From Octopus sinensis (lineage: Eukaryota), in contig NW_021833418.1 in NCBI RefSeq assembly GCF_006345805.1, positions 23,445-87,444 of the forward strand: 64,000 nt of DNA. Reading direction: 5' to 3'. Below the pieces are notes generated by a model. The model saw only the letters and a list, made by a program, of their open reading frames with translations. It made no database searches and was not told the DNA's origin. Below, one piece after another: positions 23,460 to 36,076 of the stretch. Position 1 is the first letter of the stretch, and each line of letters starts with the position of its first letter. The position numbers and the translations under genes were made by a program.

Positions 23460-24480
23460 AGTATTCAACGTCGTCAAAGTCGGCCATCTCGTATCCCGAC
23501 AGTCCAAAGCCGGCGAATATTCCTTCTGTCACGTCAGTTGTACCCCCATAAATCAGATGACCCTCAATCCTGGCAGTAATTGTATTATTCTGGAACTCAT
23601 ATAATAATCAAACGTGTGCACTGAACGTCATCGTTATCCATTCGGGTACGGGCAGTGTGGTGGCGTTAGGAATCCGTGCAATCAAGGACAGGCGTGCTAA
23701 AGGCGAGTCACAATTTGCGTGTACCCAAATCGTTGTAGAAAAGTGCTTCGTTTGACGGAGTGTTGTAAAAAAAGTCCTTTGACATTGAAGGAATCGAGTC
23801 CTCCGTTGATCATTCGCAGCATTACGAACGGCATCACATTCAATTTGGGCAATATTTTCACTCTAACGGAAATCACCGAACTAAGTAAAAAAAGCATGCC
23901 AACTTGAAGGCAGACGGGAACAGAGTGAGTGGTGCGTTGCAAGGAACGGGTGTCCAATCCCGTTCCGTAGTAGGGGAGGCCCGGATTGTAGGATGAGGTG
24001 AGGCAGCACCGAGGAATCCCGTCAGAGAGTGTTGGATGTAGTTCCTGTTGAATTTCTTAGAATATGCATAAAAATGGAACACAGCCACGAATCCGCCGTA
24101 GAACTGGTCTTCGGAGGCGATCTGAGGTTTTCCTTGAGAGTTGTAGTTGTAGTGGTCATCAGGGTAATGGAGTCTGATTGGTAGATAGAAATCAACCCGA
24201 CGATATCCACCAAATCAGCAAGTGCGGCATCATTCTCCATATCCTGGTTGATGGTGGAGACTCCGTCTGCTGCGATTATTTTAGTGTCCGGGCAGCATCG
24301 GTCGAGATTACTCATTCCAAATCTGTTAGTCCAGGAATAACCCCGATGGAGTCAATCGTCAAGTTGTGGTGTTCCTTCGCCCCAGTAATCCATTTGGTGG
24401 TATAGTTCGCCAGTTTGTGCGGATGCAAGTACGGGTCTCTCAGCCAGGAGGGGAAGCACCAGGAGAGTCCGCTCAGATGA
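23460..24480 (-). other. Decayed coding-like segment of unknown origin (candidate endogenous viral or TE fragment)
   Basis: GC-elevated, intron-free, frameshifted stretches (QFYGGFVAVFHFYAYS; DLWGTTDVTEGIFAGFGLSGYEMADF) with no recognised motif. Confidence 0.3.
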
Positions 24481-24869
24481 AGTTTGTTATTTAACTATAA
24501 ATGAAGAATAAAGACGACATTTTTGGCTGTAGTCATGATTTTCCACTCGTATCCTTGAAAGTAGTTTTCGTCATGTTCGGTGTGCATGTGAGAGGCCTCA
24601 CTGCCGCCTAGAGATGTGGCACTACTGGCTCACTTGAGGATTCACAGTCGCCCCCAATTTCAACTTTGAGGATTTGCAGAAATGCTCCGTATTTGGGCTG
24701 GAATGATTTAATTAATGAATTATCCGGAAAAGTAATTCCATAATTTGGTCGAAATTGGAATAATTGGTCAAATATTTGGATGTCGCCTAAGAATAAGTTG
24801 AGGGGAAACTCCGCCGCCGCTGATTGCCCCGATCCCCATGTATTTCGAGGTCTTTTGGTCATCCAGGTC

Positions 24870-25400
24870 GATCACAGTGGCCGATTCCGAGATGCTGTCA
24901 TTGACACTGACCAAAGAGGTGCACTATCATCTAAAAAGAGCCAAATATCAAAACAACCATTTGGATGATGTAAAATACACCACATGTAGGCCATTGTGGG
25001 CTTTAGAGAACTGGAGAGACGGGACTGGTCTCCCCCATTCCCCTATTACTCGTGCGAGGGAGACTATCTTCAAGGCTCGATTTGAGCGAGGATGGGTACA
25101 TTAAGCCGCATGTGGACAGTCCGAGAGAATAGTTGAGCGTTTTAATCACAGAATTACAAAATCACTGTCCAAGTTGAAGTATCCTAATAAAAATAAATGT
25201 GTCTCGATTCTTCAGTCTACATACAACAATACACTCATTTTCAAATGAGACCCCATTCAAGCGTTATCGAGGAATTTTGAGTCTTTACCACCCAATTCGA
25301 ACAAATGTCGATCGAGCATGATGGAGGGTGTTTTAGCATCAACCATCTCATGTTCATAGACGACATTAAACTGTTCACTCTACTAATTCTTACTAAGGTG
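24870..25400 (+). mobile_element. Mixed retroelement fragments (integrase core; RT)
   Basis: SERIVERFNHRITKSLSKL (integrase VERFN motif) and SINHLMFIDDIKLF (RLE-family RT motif). Confidence 0.45.
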
Positions 25401-25769
25401 GAGTGGGTTAAGTGTATCCCAAAGGGGTCAAGTCACACTTATGAGATGTCCATGATGGCCTCACTCGTCAAACCCGAACGGAGCTTCCAGCACAGAATTC
25501 GAACCCTTGACTGATGGAATCGATCGACTCCAATCCATGCATTGCGATGAATTTTTCAACACTGAATCAAGTTGCTACTGATTCCGACTTGACTTTTGAG
25601 AAAAGAGCTAACATCTACTTTCCCTTTTTTGTCTTTTCTTTTTTTTGATTCAAAAAAATTCTTTTTTATTGTTATCTTTATTTGTTCGTTCGCTCTTTTG
25701 GGAGCCAAAGTTAGTCATTTTTTTCAGATTTTAACAGTACACATATTGAACTTCATTTACAGAAAAAAG

Positions 25770-26700
25770 GCAATCTGATGAAAAAAGGCAATCTATCAAT
25801 TATATCAACTCTGTTCCGTCGATATAGACATAGCTTTCGACTTAGTTTTGAGAAAGATTCTATTAAGGAAAATAATTTAAAACAAGTTTCTAGGAAAGCT
25901 CAAACTATGGATCACTAACTTTCTAAGTAGACGAAGGAGTGCCTCACAGGACTGAAATCTATGTTACGTCTTCTGCCTAGTAAGACACTGGTATTGACCA
26001 AAAATAGTAAAACATCATCCTGGCATCAATAAACATCAGTTGCGATTTAAAATTATGATTATAGATGTCTCATTTTTAGTTAATTAACCAAGAATCGGAT
26101 AATGAAAGCGAATTTTACGTGACAACTGGCTAATTTTATTCCTTACGATTCTAAGGTAACCATCTTCCCCCCAACACCAACTATTTTTATATTTAATTTC
26201 GATGCCTGTTTTTTATGAGCCCGTATTCTTTATCATTATCTACCCCATATTCAACACGTTCTATGTACGCGGTCACATCCAGGATTATCAAAAATTCCTA
26301 TAATTCTACACAATTATACCTCCTGAATACAAATAATTTGATATACAAATTGTAATCCCAATAGGACCAATTTCAGTAAAGTTCTTAATGCCAAGGAATG
26401 GCAAGTATAGACATAATTTGTGAATACTACTGGATTGTTTTTATATCTGCATTCTTATTTCTATTATAAAGTGCAGTTTCATAAACCATTCCTAGATAAG
26501 GGTACTGCTCAGTATTCCCCCATTTTGAATTGAGAACAACGACGAGAGGACTGTAAAGTTATGCTGTGTCATCCACTAGGGCACTGCCCCCACTTTAGAG
26601 GAGTTGAAGAGTGCCATGAGGACTGCCCTGTGGTTGACGAGGCCTTTGTTCAGACGGGCTATCAGGCCTACCTCGATATACTGACAAAGTCCAGCAATTG
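25770..26700 (+). mobile_element. Highly decayed CR1/L2-type LINE remnant
   Basis: Traces of D.AFD.V, W..NFLS.R and late RT motifs with many stops. Confidence 0.45.
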
Positions 26701-26718
26701 CTATGTTAAGACAAATAG

Positions 26719-26993
26719 TTAATAATTTACGCCCCTCACGGCCATGTGGAGTATTAGAGTGGGAATACTCGAACTAGTGAGTGATGCTCATGTCCTACGC
26801 GCTGGACGGTTTCCTCAGGACAATCACGTCATCGACTGGGCAGTGTTCGGTCACTCACTTGTCCCCATTCGATACTTCCACGAGCCACCCCATTCCTCCA
26901 CAACAATGTCCTCCCACTACAAACACTCTCATCTACATGCACTGGGTCTTTCATCGGGAGGCACTGGCGGGTGTTTTCTATTCGTGACGTCAT
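26719..26993 (-). CDS. Putative 68-aa protein of unknown function, 4 exons, head-to-head with HSPA4
   Basis: GT-AG introns of 20, 23 and 25 nt join MTSRIENTRQCLPMKDPVH-WEDIVVEEWGGSWKYRMGTI-DDVIVLRKPSSA-SSIPTLILHMAVRGVNY* in frame; host-gene-like composition. Confidence 0.5.
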
Positions 26994-27158
26994 CCCGTTT
27001 AGAGGACAGAATTGATAGAGGACAATATTGTTAATTGTTAATCAGACTACTTCACTATACTACCAGATACTGTACATATATATTTGTAATAATAGAAATG
27101 ATTTACTCGCATGTTTTTAGATTGGTTAACCTATATTGAACTACACGAATCTGGGGTT

Positions 27159-27203
27159 AGTCTAGAAATTTCTAGTGGTGACACGTAGTTTGGTGTTATA
27201 TAT
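27159..27203 (+). promoter_or_regulatory. Imperfect heat-shock element plus TATA-like box upstream of HSPA4
   Basis: aGTCt-aGAAa-tTTCt (27159-27173) followed by ttatatatag ~25 nt before the ATG. Confidence 0.45.
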
Positions 27204-27227
27204 AGTTTTGGACGTGTGTGAATAGTA

Positions 27228-29824
27228 ATGAGTTCAGTAATCGGGATTGACCTTGGAACGTTGACTTGTCACATTGGTGGAATCCGAGGAGGAGGAGTGG
27301 AGGTGATCCTGGACGAGTCGTCATCGAGGGCAATAAGGTGGTTGAGTGAGTGGAATGGTCAGTTCAGCGGTGTCGTTCAGGGGGAAAAGACGTTATGGGG
27401 GGGTGGAAGCGGAGCCGCAGATAATAACGAATAGTGTCAACACAATAACACATGCCAAGAGTTTGGTGTGTGGGGAGAGTGAGGACCCGAAAGTGAGGGG
27501 AGTGTTGGATGGAGTGTCATTCGGAGTGTGTGGAGAGGGATCAGTAGTAATGAAGGTGGAGTACGACGGGGGGGAGGTGTGTTTGTGCCCCACGCAGGTG
27601 GTGGGGATGATTCTGGGGAAACTGAAGAGGACGGCGGAGATGTGGTTGGGGACGAGCGTGACTGATGTGGTGATATCTGTATGGTAGTCGTGCAGATGGA
27701 TAGGTGCCCGTGTACTTCACGGAGGGGCAACGAAGGGCAGTGATGGACGCGGGGACGATAGTTGGGCTGAGTGTGCTCAAAGTGAGCAGTGACGTGACCT
27801 CAGGTTGTGTGTGGGTGATATGTCAGTGGGTGTGAGTTACGGTTACTACAAGAGGGACGTGCAACAGAACATTGCCATCCTCGACTTTGGCCACACCTCT
27901 CTCCAGGCGGGCATCTGTCAGTTCAAGGACAACTCAATGCAGGTGGTGGCCTCGGCATATGACGACGGAATTGGAGGGGAGCAGTTGGATATGGTCCTCG
28001 TCGAGTACTTTCTGGGCGTGTTCAAGACCAAGTACAACATGCATGTGGATCGCCGGTCACGTCCCTTCCTCAAACTGGTGCAAGCATGCAGGACATGTAA
28101 GAAGACAATGTCAATCAACGGGAATGAACTCAATTTGTCCTTGGAAGTGGGGGACGTGGATGTGTCGGCCACCATTTGTCGGTCGTGTCCTCCTCTCTCA
28201 CACTCAGGAGTCAGTTCAATCAAATGGCCGCCTGGGTGTATGCTCGCGTCCAACAAGTCCTCCTCTCCCTCATTGCCCGCTCTGGCCTCGACAAGAGTCA
28301 GATTAGTGCCGTCGAGGTGGTTGGGGGGTCCAGTCGTGTCCCCAAGTTTGTGGAGACGGTCGAAGAAGTGTTCGGAATGAGTGTCAGTCGAACTATGAAC
28401 GCAGATGAGGCGGCCTGTCGAGGGTGTGCCATTCAGGCTGCCATTCTCTCCCCCTCTCTCCGCTCTGCTCCCTACTCCATCCTCGACTACCTCCCCTACG
28501 AAATTGTCCTCCTTTCCACTCCCCCCACCACCGACGGGTATTCTTGTTTACACACTCTAGTACTACTCATTTGCTGTCCTTCCCCCTCGGCTGTCCTCTC
28601 CCCTCTGGACGACGCCTCACTCTCACTTATCACACTTCCTTCACACTCACGGCATCCTACGCTGATCACTCTCCTCTCTACTCCAAACACATTGGTCTCC
28701 CCACCACTCTATTCCAGCCCACTTTGACGTCACCCTCCAACAACCTGCCGAGGTCGAACTCAAACTTATTCTCGATAAAAGTGGCATTCTCAAACTCACC
28801 AATGCACTCCAAGTTGACAAGTACACCGACGAGGGAGACGACAAACCGAAGAAGAGGCTCACCAATTTGCCCGTCACCTCCCGAACTGCCAGTCTCCCCC
28901 AGGAAGTGTTGGATGCGTATGTGGAGATGGAGGTTGGTGTGCTGTGTCCAGTGTAGGCCAACATGCAAATGACCACCGACCTGCAAGTCCAGAGGGACAT
29001 TGCCAAGAATAAATTGGAGGAACTCGTCCTCACCTTCCGTAGTGGGGTGGAGTGTGAGTTGAGTGCGTTCGTCCCCCCTGCCGTACTGTGTGTGTTGAGT
29101 GGTAGGACAGGAGTGCCATCACCACTCTCCTCGACTCCACTGAGGAGTGGTTGTACGACCAAGGACAGGACGCTGAGAAAAGAGAGTACACTGCCAGGCT
29201 GACTGACATCGAGGTACACTACATTGCCATATCTCAGAAATACTCACTCCCCGTTCTCCATCGAGCATCACAATATGAGTCCCTTCCTCACGTCCTCGAC
29301 GAGTTGGGATGTCAGTTGACACGTGTTGAGGAGGGTGTCCAGTTGATGGAGGCGGTATACATTGTGCCTGTACAAGCAGGGGGAATATGATTATGTCAGT
29401 CAGGAGGAGATCACTCATGTCTGTGCTCTCGCCTGTCGAGTCCGGGAGTGGTATGACCAGGCCTGTCGGGCATTCCACAACATTTGCTACTACACTGACC
29501 CACCCATCTCCCTCACACAAGTCAGAGAACAACTACAAGTACTACCCCTCTCTTATCCAGGCCATCCACACTGAAATCATTCCCGTCCTCTCAAGGCCCA
29601 GACCACCTCCTCAGGAGACTATGGTTGTCGACCAACCAACCAATGGGGTAGCCAGCGACGAACCAACCAAAGTTCCGACTAATACGGAGACGGCCACCAA
29701 CGAGGAGGCACAAACTGGCACGGACGTTCCTACTAACACGGAGAAGACCACTAACACGGACGTTCCTACTAACACGGAAAAGACCACTAACACGGACGTT
29801 CCCAGTCAAATGGACATTGATTGA
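27228..29824 (+). CDS. HSPA4: Hsp110/HSPA4-family chaperone, multi-exon
   Basis: MSSVIGIDLG, VSFRGKRR, TDVVISVPVYFTEGQRRAVMDAG, AILDFGHTSLQ, VEVVGGSSRVP, SRTMNADEAACRGCAIQAAILSP, KNKLEE, EWLYDQGQD, C-terminal MDID. 23-26-nt introns. Confidence 0.93.
29719..29802 (+). repeat. 36-bp coding tandem repeat (TDVPTNTEKTTN) x2.3 in the Hsp110 tail
   Basis: cacggacgttcctactaacacgga(g/a)aagaccactaa repeated. Confidence 0.9.
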
Positions 29825-29849
29825 GACGTTCCTGACTAGTTTTGGGTTT

Positions 29850-31450
29850 TTTATTTCGTTTATTGTGTTTTGGTTGATTAAGACGTGTTGGATATGTTTT
29901 CTTAATCGATTTTGTTCATTTGGCGTCAGTGATAGAGGCCTACTCCTGCATTTGTTGTAGATTTCAGAATTCGAAATTCTGACAGAATAGTTCACACCAA
30001 ATAAGCTGTTTTCTGTAAAACGTGTCGAGATCTGTTGATTCGGCATTCGTACAGGCCAAGTGCTGGCACAGTATAACAGTATCGACTTCACAAATACATT
30101 GTACATACGTATCCGTAGATTGACACCGATTTCTTTCAGCCATCCCTTTTTGAGTTTTCTAATTGCTACTCTAGCTAGTGTTTTCATATTAATGATGTCT
30201 TGTATGTCGCGCAGTAAAGATCCAAGCTTGTTGACATGTCGCCAGCGTTCATTAAGGATATTGTCCATTCTTTTGATTTCGATGATTTCCTTTTTGGCCT
30301 TATTGACAAAAAGGAACCATTCCCCCAATTTATCTGGTGCATTCTCATCAAATCCGTGAGGGCTTCTATATCTTTGGATATAAAGTCCACGTCATTTGCA
30401 TAATCGATTTCGTGTATTTTTCCTTGATAGCATGTTCTTAGATCACGTAGTGGGGTTTCGGAATAAATCAGAAATAGCAAGGGAGAGAGGGAATCTTCCT
30501 GAGGGACGCCGATTGTGGTTTTGAAAGGTCTGGAGAGAGTTCTTCCAATCCTGGCTGAGAGTTATGTATTGGAGAGCAACAGTCGGATGATCCTTTGCAG
30601 AGATTCATTCACAAATAGTTTAAGAACCTCCATAAGCTTATGCCTGCTGATAGTATCAAATGCTCCAGACATATTAATCCCAAAAATGGTCGTTGCATTT
30701 TTAAATGTTTGGCGGTTGCACAGGACCACCTAAAACTCTACAGAATGTCTGCTGTCGACTTTCCTTCACTAAATCCACTTTAGCATGCTGACAGATATTT
30801 TTTTTGCCGAGTATTTTAACCGGTTCGAAAGGCTTTGCGTAATGTGTTTAACAAAATGACTCGACGTAAACTTTCTAGTGGTCCTTTTGGTTTGTTAGGC
30901 TTTTGTATAGATATCAATGTTCCATTTCTCAGGAATAGAACCGAGTTCGTCTTAAAACTCCGTTAAACAATCTTGCAATGATTTCAAAAAGGCACATTGG
31001 TCCACATTTCCGATCCTTCGTTCCTACGTTTCTTCAGCTTACTGCACGCATATTGGACTTTTCGAGTGTGATGACTGTTCCCAAAGTCCGTGGTTTTCCG
31101 ATAAAAGGATCGAGATCATGACTGTTCGTATCGAGTAGATTTTTCCAAGTGGGAAGCGATCAATTCGACTTGTTCTTTGGTCAAAATAAGCTTCCCGTTC
31201 TCATCCGTGACATGTATTGTTGCTTTTTCTTTCCTTGCAGTAAACGGACTCCACCAAACATTTGTGCATTGTCCTTAAATGGCTCTAGCTTGAGAAAGAA
31301 GTCATTCTATGAGTGTTCATTGTTAAGTTTGTGGATTCTTTTCCTGATTTTATTCCGTTCAGATCGAAGTTTGTTTAAAATGACCATTTTATGGTCACTC
31401 AGTAGAAGGGGCATCATTCAATAAAAGTTTGTCCTTAGACCGGCTAATGT
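29850..31450 (-). mobile_element. Decayed RTE-like non-LTR retrotransposon
   Basis: GINMSGAFDTISRHKL, GVPQEDSLSPLLFLIY, IDYANDVDF, LRIRMYNVFVKSILLY, RISNSEIY. Confidence 0.8.
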
Positions 31451-32319
31451 GGTATGTGGTGAACTGGGTGCATAAGGGCGGTGTTTCCAATGAAAAAATC
31501 ATTCACTTAACAAAAATTATAGTATTTCTACCCTCCCCAGTAGTGTAGAATATTTCTACAGCCCCGTCGATGTATGACTCCTCTCTTCCACTGTGTGGAG
31601 CATACACGTTGATGATTGCCATTTAGCTTTTGGAAGGCACAAATCATACATCCTGATATGCAGGACACACATCCGATCGTTGAATTTATAGAATTTATAT
31701 ATTCGAGGAACAAGGAGGTCATGACTGGAAAACCTTGTCGGGAATGTTTCGAATCACCGGGAAAGAAAATAAGTTTATAGGCTCCGTAGTGTTCACAGCC
31801 TCCATCCGCAACCTTCGTTTATTGGAGGCATCCAATAGAGATATGTTATTTCTTTAAATAATCGCAAAGTGTTTTCCTCGTCCATCCCATTGAATCCTTT
31901 TTTAGACTCCATTGTAAAGAGACACGTCACCTCGAAGACTAATCTAAATTAAACTTTCTTCTTTCGATACTGAAGCATTTATCTTCTCCGAAACCGAAAC
32001 TATTTTTTAATGGGTTTACCTATTTAGGTTTAACCCGAAACATGAATTGTACATTCTGAACTCGTTCCAAAACTTATCACAATTCGGAATAATTGAAAAT
32101 ATACTTTCGGCCCTGTTCACGGAAACTTGGCTAATTGCACCAAACTATCCGTTTTCTAAACCTCCCAGCAAGTTTATTTGAGCTTTTTAGAGTATTCACG
32201 GCAATTAATCTAAAGTTTCCAGATGTCCGTTGTCTCACTCCAAGATAAATGTTTGCAAAAAGACAAATAATGTTTTTTTTATATATATTGGAGAAAAGTG
32301 TAAATATAGAATAAATAGT

Positions 32320-33972
32320 ATGTCCTGTGAATCGTTGGGAAGCTGTGGTGGATCAGTGAGTAGTGTGGAATATGAATCGACACTATTAAAATGGACGAAT
32401 TACATATACGGGTGGCAGGAGAGATACTTTATTTTGGAGAAGGGGAGTCTGAGTTACTACAAATCGTGGGAGGACGTGTGTTATGGGACTCGTGGGTGTG
32501 TGTGTGTGAAGGAGGTGCAAGTGATAGTATGGTTGGTGTGTAATGCCAGTTGGACGACTACGACGAGAGGAGGTTGGACATATGGACGAAGGACACCGTG
32601 TGGTACATTCGAGCCCCGTCGGTGGAGGAGAGGAATCGGTGGGTTGGCCTGCTGAACAGTTCGGTGGAGTCGGCCTATGGAAGTGAGGGGTCTCTCCACT
32701 CGGATGTGTTGTCCCGCGAAGGGAGGTGTCCCCTCTGCCCACACTGGAGGGACAAGTACTACAGGGAACGAGATAAGAACAGGCAACTGAGGAAACAACT
32801 GGCTGATCTATTCCACGACGCAGTGGACTACTCAGAGGACTGTCCTTACAGGGGGGACATTACTGCCCAAGTGGACTACTCAGAGGACTGTCCTTACAGG
32901 GGGGACATTACTGCCCAAGTGGACTACTCAGAGGACTGTCCTTACAGGGGGGACATTACTGCCCAAGTGGACTACTCAGAGGACTGTCCTTACAGGGGGG
33001 ACATTACTCCCCAAGTGGACTACTCAGAGGACTGTCCTTACAGGGGGGACATTACTCCCAAGTGGACTACTCAGAGGACTGTCCTTACAGGGGGACATTA
33101 CTCCCAAGTGGACTACTCAGAGGACTGTCCTTACAGGGGGGACATTACTGCCCAAGTGGACTACTCAGAGGACTGTCCTTACAGGGGGGACATTACTGCC
33201 CAAGTGGACTACTCAGAGGACTGTCCTTACAGGGGGGACATTACTGCCCAAGTGGACTACTCAGAGGACTGTCCTTACAGGGGGGACATTACTGCCCAAG
33301 TGGAGTCGTGGGAGGGGAGGTGGGCACAGGCAGGCCGAGTGCGTGTGGAGTTGTCATCCCCGCGAGAGGACATGCAGTTGTTCAGAGTGGAGAGGGACTC
33401 GTTCATGCTCACAATGACTGTCCAAGTACTCTCTCTCCCTCCTTCCTAGCACTTTACTGCCCGGGAAATTGCCATGTCCTTCTTCGACATAAAAGAACGG
33501 TGTGAGTGGCAGGACTCGGTGGAGCGGACTGAGACATTGGAGAGGTTCGGGGAGGACACGGAGGTGTTTTACGAACTGCTGCATCGAGTATTCCCCCTCT
33601 CCCAGCGGGAAATGGTGTGTTGGTCTCACATCACTCATCTCCCCTCCCACGACTCCTGGACTGTCATCAACCGTTCCTGTCACCACCCGGCCTCCCCCGT
33701 TCTTCTCTTTGTCCATTCCTAGACCATTGCCACACGCATTACTGTACACATTGACTTGTTGGCCAAGACCATCAAGACGGGGGCGAGGGAGGACATTGTC
33801 ACTGAACTGTCCTTCATCACCAGTGGTACTTTCTCCTTTTATTCCAGTCGATTTGCGTGGGTGGATTCCTCCTAATGTCGTCCACGCTGTTGCACAAAGA
33901 ATGTGGCCCAGGGGAATTGCTCGATTTGTTGCTCATTTGAGTACTCACTACAATGATCCTATTCTATATTAA
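32320..33972 (+). CDS. CERT1: Ceramide transfer protein (PH-FFAT-START) with internal repeat expansion
   Basis: PH domain LLKWTNYIYGWQERYFIL...SYYKS...GTRG...RLDI...VWYIRA, then ESAYGSEGSL (human ESGYGSESSL), FFAT-like LFHDAVD, and START domain (EWQDSVE, HRVFPLSQRE, GWIPPNVVHAVAQR, ending DPILY*). Confidence 0.9.
32823..33299 (+). repeat. 48-bp tandem repeat x10 encoding VDYSEDCPYRGDITAQ
   Basis: Eight 48-bp units plus one 47-bp and one 46-bp unit; the net -3 keeps the frame. Confidence 0.98.
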
Positions 33973-34377
33973 TAAATATAAGCTCTAAAGATAACCATAT
34001 TGCCTGATGTTTACTTTAATACTAATGTACATTTGCGTCAATGAATAGTTCTGGAGGACTCGTAAAGAAGTGTCCGTAATTGGTTAAAGTGAATATATAA
34101 AGAACTTTCTAGACTTGTATACGACTAATTCTATTTCCAGGCTTAAACAACTCGTAAGACATACTTCTATTTGATAGTCTTGTACTCTTTAATTAATCTA
34201 TAATATCGTATTTGGAAATTCAATCCGGATTAACATTATTCTACTATGTCTAAGGAACATTCGAATGTAAAATGGTCTTTCCGTTTCTGGTAAAGCTGTT
34301 TGAGTACATCAGTGAAATAGTCACCACACTATCATCAATATCTAGGAACGGCTGTGTCTGGAAAGGTTCGTGTAGAC

Positions 34378-36076
34378 CAGTGTTTCCCAAACTTTTTAGC
34401 AATATCGCCCACCATGAAAATGTACATGGAAACAAAAAGAAAAAATAAATTTATTTATAAGAACAATCAATGAGAACAATGACGTTGTATGAAACAAGTT
34501 CTTCTGCATTTGGCTTTATGTTCGTAAGACGAAGCCGTAGATTTCATCTCTCAGCAACGTCTATCGGTTTCGACTTTTGGTCACGAGTTAAGCTAAAGCT
34601 TTTCTCAACCAAGTAAGAAGTAAGAAAAGCGATAAAAATAATTTAGCTTTCTCCCATAACACACAATATTTTTTAGGAATATCCACCTGTAGCCAAAAAT
34701 CTTGATAGGACTTTCGTTTGAATGTTGGTTTCAATTCCCAATCATTTTTGAATACAATTAGTTCCAGTCGACAACAAGATTTGACGTCGTCGATACCTTG
34801 AAAAGGATCTATGATCCAGTCCGGAACTTCTAGTTCGCACAAATCTTTGAAACGCTGCTTTATATCATTTTCAATAGTGATTAAATGTTCAGCATAATTT
34901 TCGAGATCGTCTTCAGAAAGTAGGTTATTAAGATTGTCGAGACGTGGAAATTTGCTTAACTTCTTTCTACCAATATTTCTACAAAACAAGGATAGCATTG
35001 AAATAAAAGCAGCAATGAGTTCAACCACAGTGTCGAAGAGAGAGAATATACGTCCCAAACAGTCACCCTTTGATAGCCACCTTACTTCTGTATGCATTAA
35101 AAGTCGTACAAAATCTTCATCATTATCAACACAAAGCTGGTAAAAAAGACGTGAATCCAGCGAGTTTGATTTAATTTTGTTAATAGAAGAAATAACTGTA
35201 TTAAGAGAAGAATATAATCGAACAGTTGTGTTTTTAGCAACTAAATGCTGCCGATGGATATTTTTTTAGGAATATCCACCTGTAGCCAAAAATCTTGATA
35301 GGACTTTTGTTTGAATCTCACAAATCTTTCGGTTTCTAGCATTCGTGCAAAAAGTAATTTCTGCATAATCCGACAATCTTTGACAAAACGTACATATGCA
35401 AGTAATAAAGAGTCATTTCCAGAAAGTATTGACTCATCTGACTGTAGACTAAAGTGTATATTTTTCAATATTGAACACAAATTGTTTTCTACATCGAATG
35501 CCATGTCATCGATACGTCTCTGTACCGTGTTGTTACTCATTGGAATCGACTTAATGATATTCTGATGAGGTTGGTTCATAACCGTTGTCAGTATTTCGCG
35601 AATTGATGGAACTATAAGTTGTCCGCCAATTGTGTGGGGTTTACCAGATTTAGCGACAAGTACAGCAGTATTATATGATGTAATAAGACCATCATCATTC
35701 CTTTTATGATCAGCAGTAAATATATTTGCCCATTTCTGTTGATTTTTGTGTTTTGTGAGTAGTCCTTTAAAAAACGCAAGCGGCTGGTTGGATTTATTTG
35801 GATGAACCTATATTTCCATAAAATATAAATATGAACCTTTCTTAAATGCTGACTTAATCTAGTAGGCTTCATAGCCTCGTAAGAAAACGACTTTTCGCAT
35901 ATCAAACAAAAAGGTCGTTTTTCATCATTAGGAGTTGTAGTGAAACCGTATTTTATATACATAATATTATACTGACGAGTTTTTCTACAAACAGACGAAT
36001 TTGTATCCATTAAAACACCAAAATTGATTTACTCTGTTTTAATTTATTTTTTGTTTATTCGGCCTGAATATGTATT
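34378..36076 (-). mobile_element. hAT (Charlie/Buster, ZBED5/SCAND3-like) element, one intact end
   Basis: Terminus CAGTGTTTCCCAAAC at 34378; BED finger (RPFCLIC...PTRLSQHL), PMSNNTVQRRI, FSLQSDES, HTEVRWLSKG. Flanked by a diverged 81/93-bp duplication (34297-34377, 36077-36169). Confidence 0.85.

Noticed and set aside
27393-29532. Many overlapping antisense and alternate-frame ORFs over HSPA4 (and likewise HADHB, USP8-like, PLC)
   Set aside because: Shadow ORFs produced by GC-rich, stop-poor skewed coding sequence; low complexity and no recognisable motifs.
32823-33299. CRISPR-like array
   Set aside because: Units are contiguous with no unique spacers, lie in frame inside a eukaryotic gene, and no cas genes are present.
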